Source of the DNA: Geosiphon pyriformis uo1
Lineage: Eukaryota > Fungi > Glomeromycota
Reading direction: 5' to 3'
Length of the DNA: 64,000 nt
Assembly (NCBI GenBank): GCA_016748015.1
Contig: JAAOMT010000303.1
Span: forward strand, 310,001-374,000
Shown here: positions 62,901-64,000 of the stretch, piece by piece
Position numbering within the stretch: position 1 is the stretch's first letter
Layout: each line of letters opens with the position of its first letter
Made by a program: the position numbers and the translations under genes
Notes under the pieces: model-generated
What the model was told of the DNA's origin: nothing
The model's input: the letters and a program-made list of their open reading frames with translations, nothing else
The model's database searches: none

Positions 62901-64000
62901 ACACATGGTTTTTTACTAGATATATATACATACTTTTTTTTAAAGACAAACTGGTTATTTTTTTTGCTCTGTGTTTACACTGTTATTAAAGATTTTTGGT
63001 CTCTTTTCTTGAATGTTGTTAATGCTTGTCTGTTGCTAATTTCACGTTTTTTAGAAGCAGTTGAATTTTCAATAACCGAATTTATCTTCAAATTGTCTTC
63101 TATAATTTGAACTGTTAAGCTTATAAGTAGAATAGCCAATTCTGTATCAGTTACTTTGTGTAGTTATGTTGTAGTAAATGTTAACTCTTTTTCAGGAATT
63201 GCTTATCTGGAAGCTCACTAAAAATGTGTAGTTACTTTGCTATGAAAGTCAACTCTTCTACAGGAATCTCATCTGTAGGCTACCCTAATGATTATGATAA
63301 GAAAAATAAAATAAAATAAAAAAAATGTAAAAGAAATAGAATTGTCAAGAGAAATGTTTTCTATCAAAACCTGGAGTCACTAACAAATTACTGAAATTGG
63401 TAGCTAATCAATTTCAAAAATATTAGTTTGTGTTGAAAGAATTTCAAGTATAATAATCAAAAGATTTGGATTTTGAATATTTAATTTTTATTTGAAATAT
63501 GTAAAAGGTAATTTGTTTCAATTAAGATATCTAAAATAGAATACTATGGTAAGATACTATGAGAAGATATATTTTCTTGAAAAAAGAAGCTCTTTTTTTA
63601 TACAACTTGTTGTAGTACTAGTCTTTAAACTTGCATTTTTCTCTTTGCTACAATTTTTGGTAAACTAAAAATACATTTCGGCAAACTACAAGTTATTTCA
63701 CTGAACTATTGATTATTTCGGCCAATTTTTATTAATTTTGGCGAATTTTAACTATATTAAATAGTTTAGGGTATTGTGTAATTTGATTATCTTAATTTCT
63801 ATGGTACAAATCAAATTATTGATTGAGTAATAATATTTGATAATTTGATTAAATAATAAGTAATAATCGAAATAATAATAATATATGCTAATTAATAATA
63901 GAACTTATGAAGGTAATTTTATGCTAATTAATAGCTGAAATTCTACTGGTAACAACACTAAAATATTAACTTTAATATAATACATAACATATAAAATATT

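Noticed and set aside
63150-63400. Two ~70-bp imperfect repeats and possible exons upstream of the MULE
   Set aside because: Too degraded to assign; may be the MULE 5' region, but no motif could be supported
1-64000. Alternative genetic code (stop-codon reassignment) explaining the many stops
   Set aside because: Stops fall at different positions in sister copies and derive from CAA/CAG/CGA/TGG by transitions, which indicates mutational decay

Overview
This very AT-rich eukaryotic window consists almost entirely of degraded transposons. No intact host gene, RNA gene or CRISPR array is visible. The protein style recalls Glomeromycotina/Mucoromycota fungi, but that is an inference. I resolved the structure by hand from LTR termini and 4-bp target-site duplications (TSDs). 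A LINE-like RT/RNase H element (1-434 and 49326-~52730) is split by Ty3/gypsy element A (435-49321). A contains a solo LTR (3472-4284) and element B (7988-48260). B contains element C (8577-18722, minus strand, in B's 5' LTR) and element D (23356-43558). D contains element E (25487-35531). A second copy of family A (F, 53901-61691, minus) splits a Mutator-like (FAR1/MULE/SWIM) transposase. The most striking feature is an unusual three-ORF layout shared by all six full-length elements. Gag-PR-RT-RNaseH ends at a conserved stop, the integrase sits in its own downstream ORF behind a non-coding spacer, and a soluble-looking ~210-aa ORF3 occupies the env position. Elements B-E also carry a multi-CxxC domain and a five-motif dUTPase between protease and RT. 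All copies are riddled with C>T/G>A changes in both CpG and CpA contexts (RIP-like), so all coding calls are pseudogenes.
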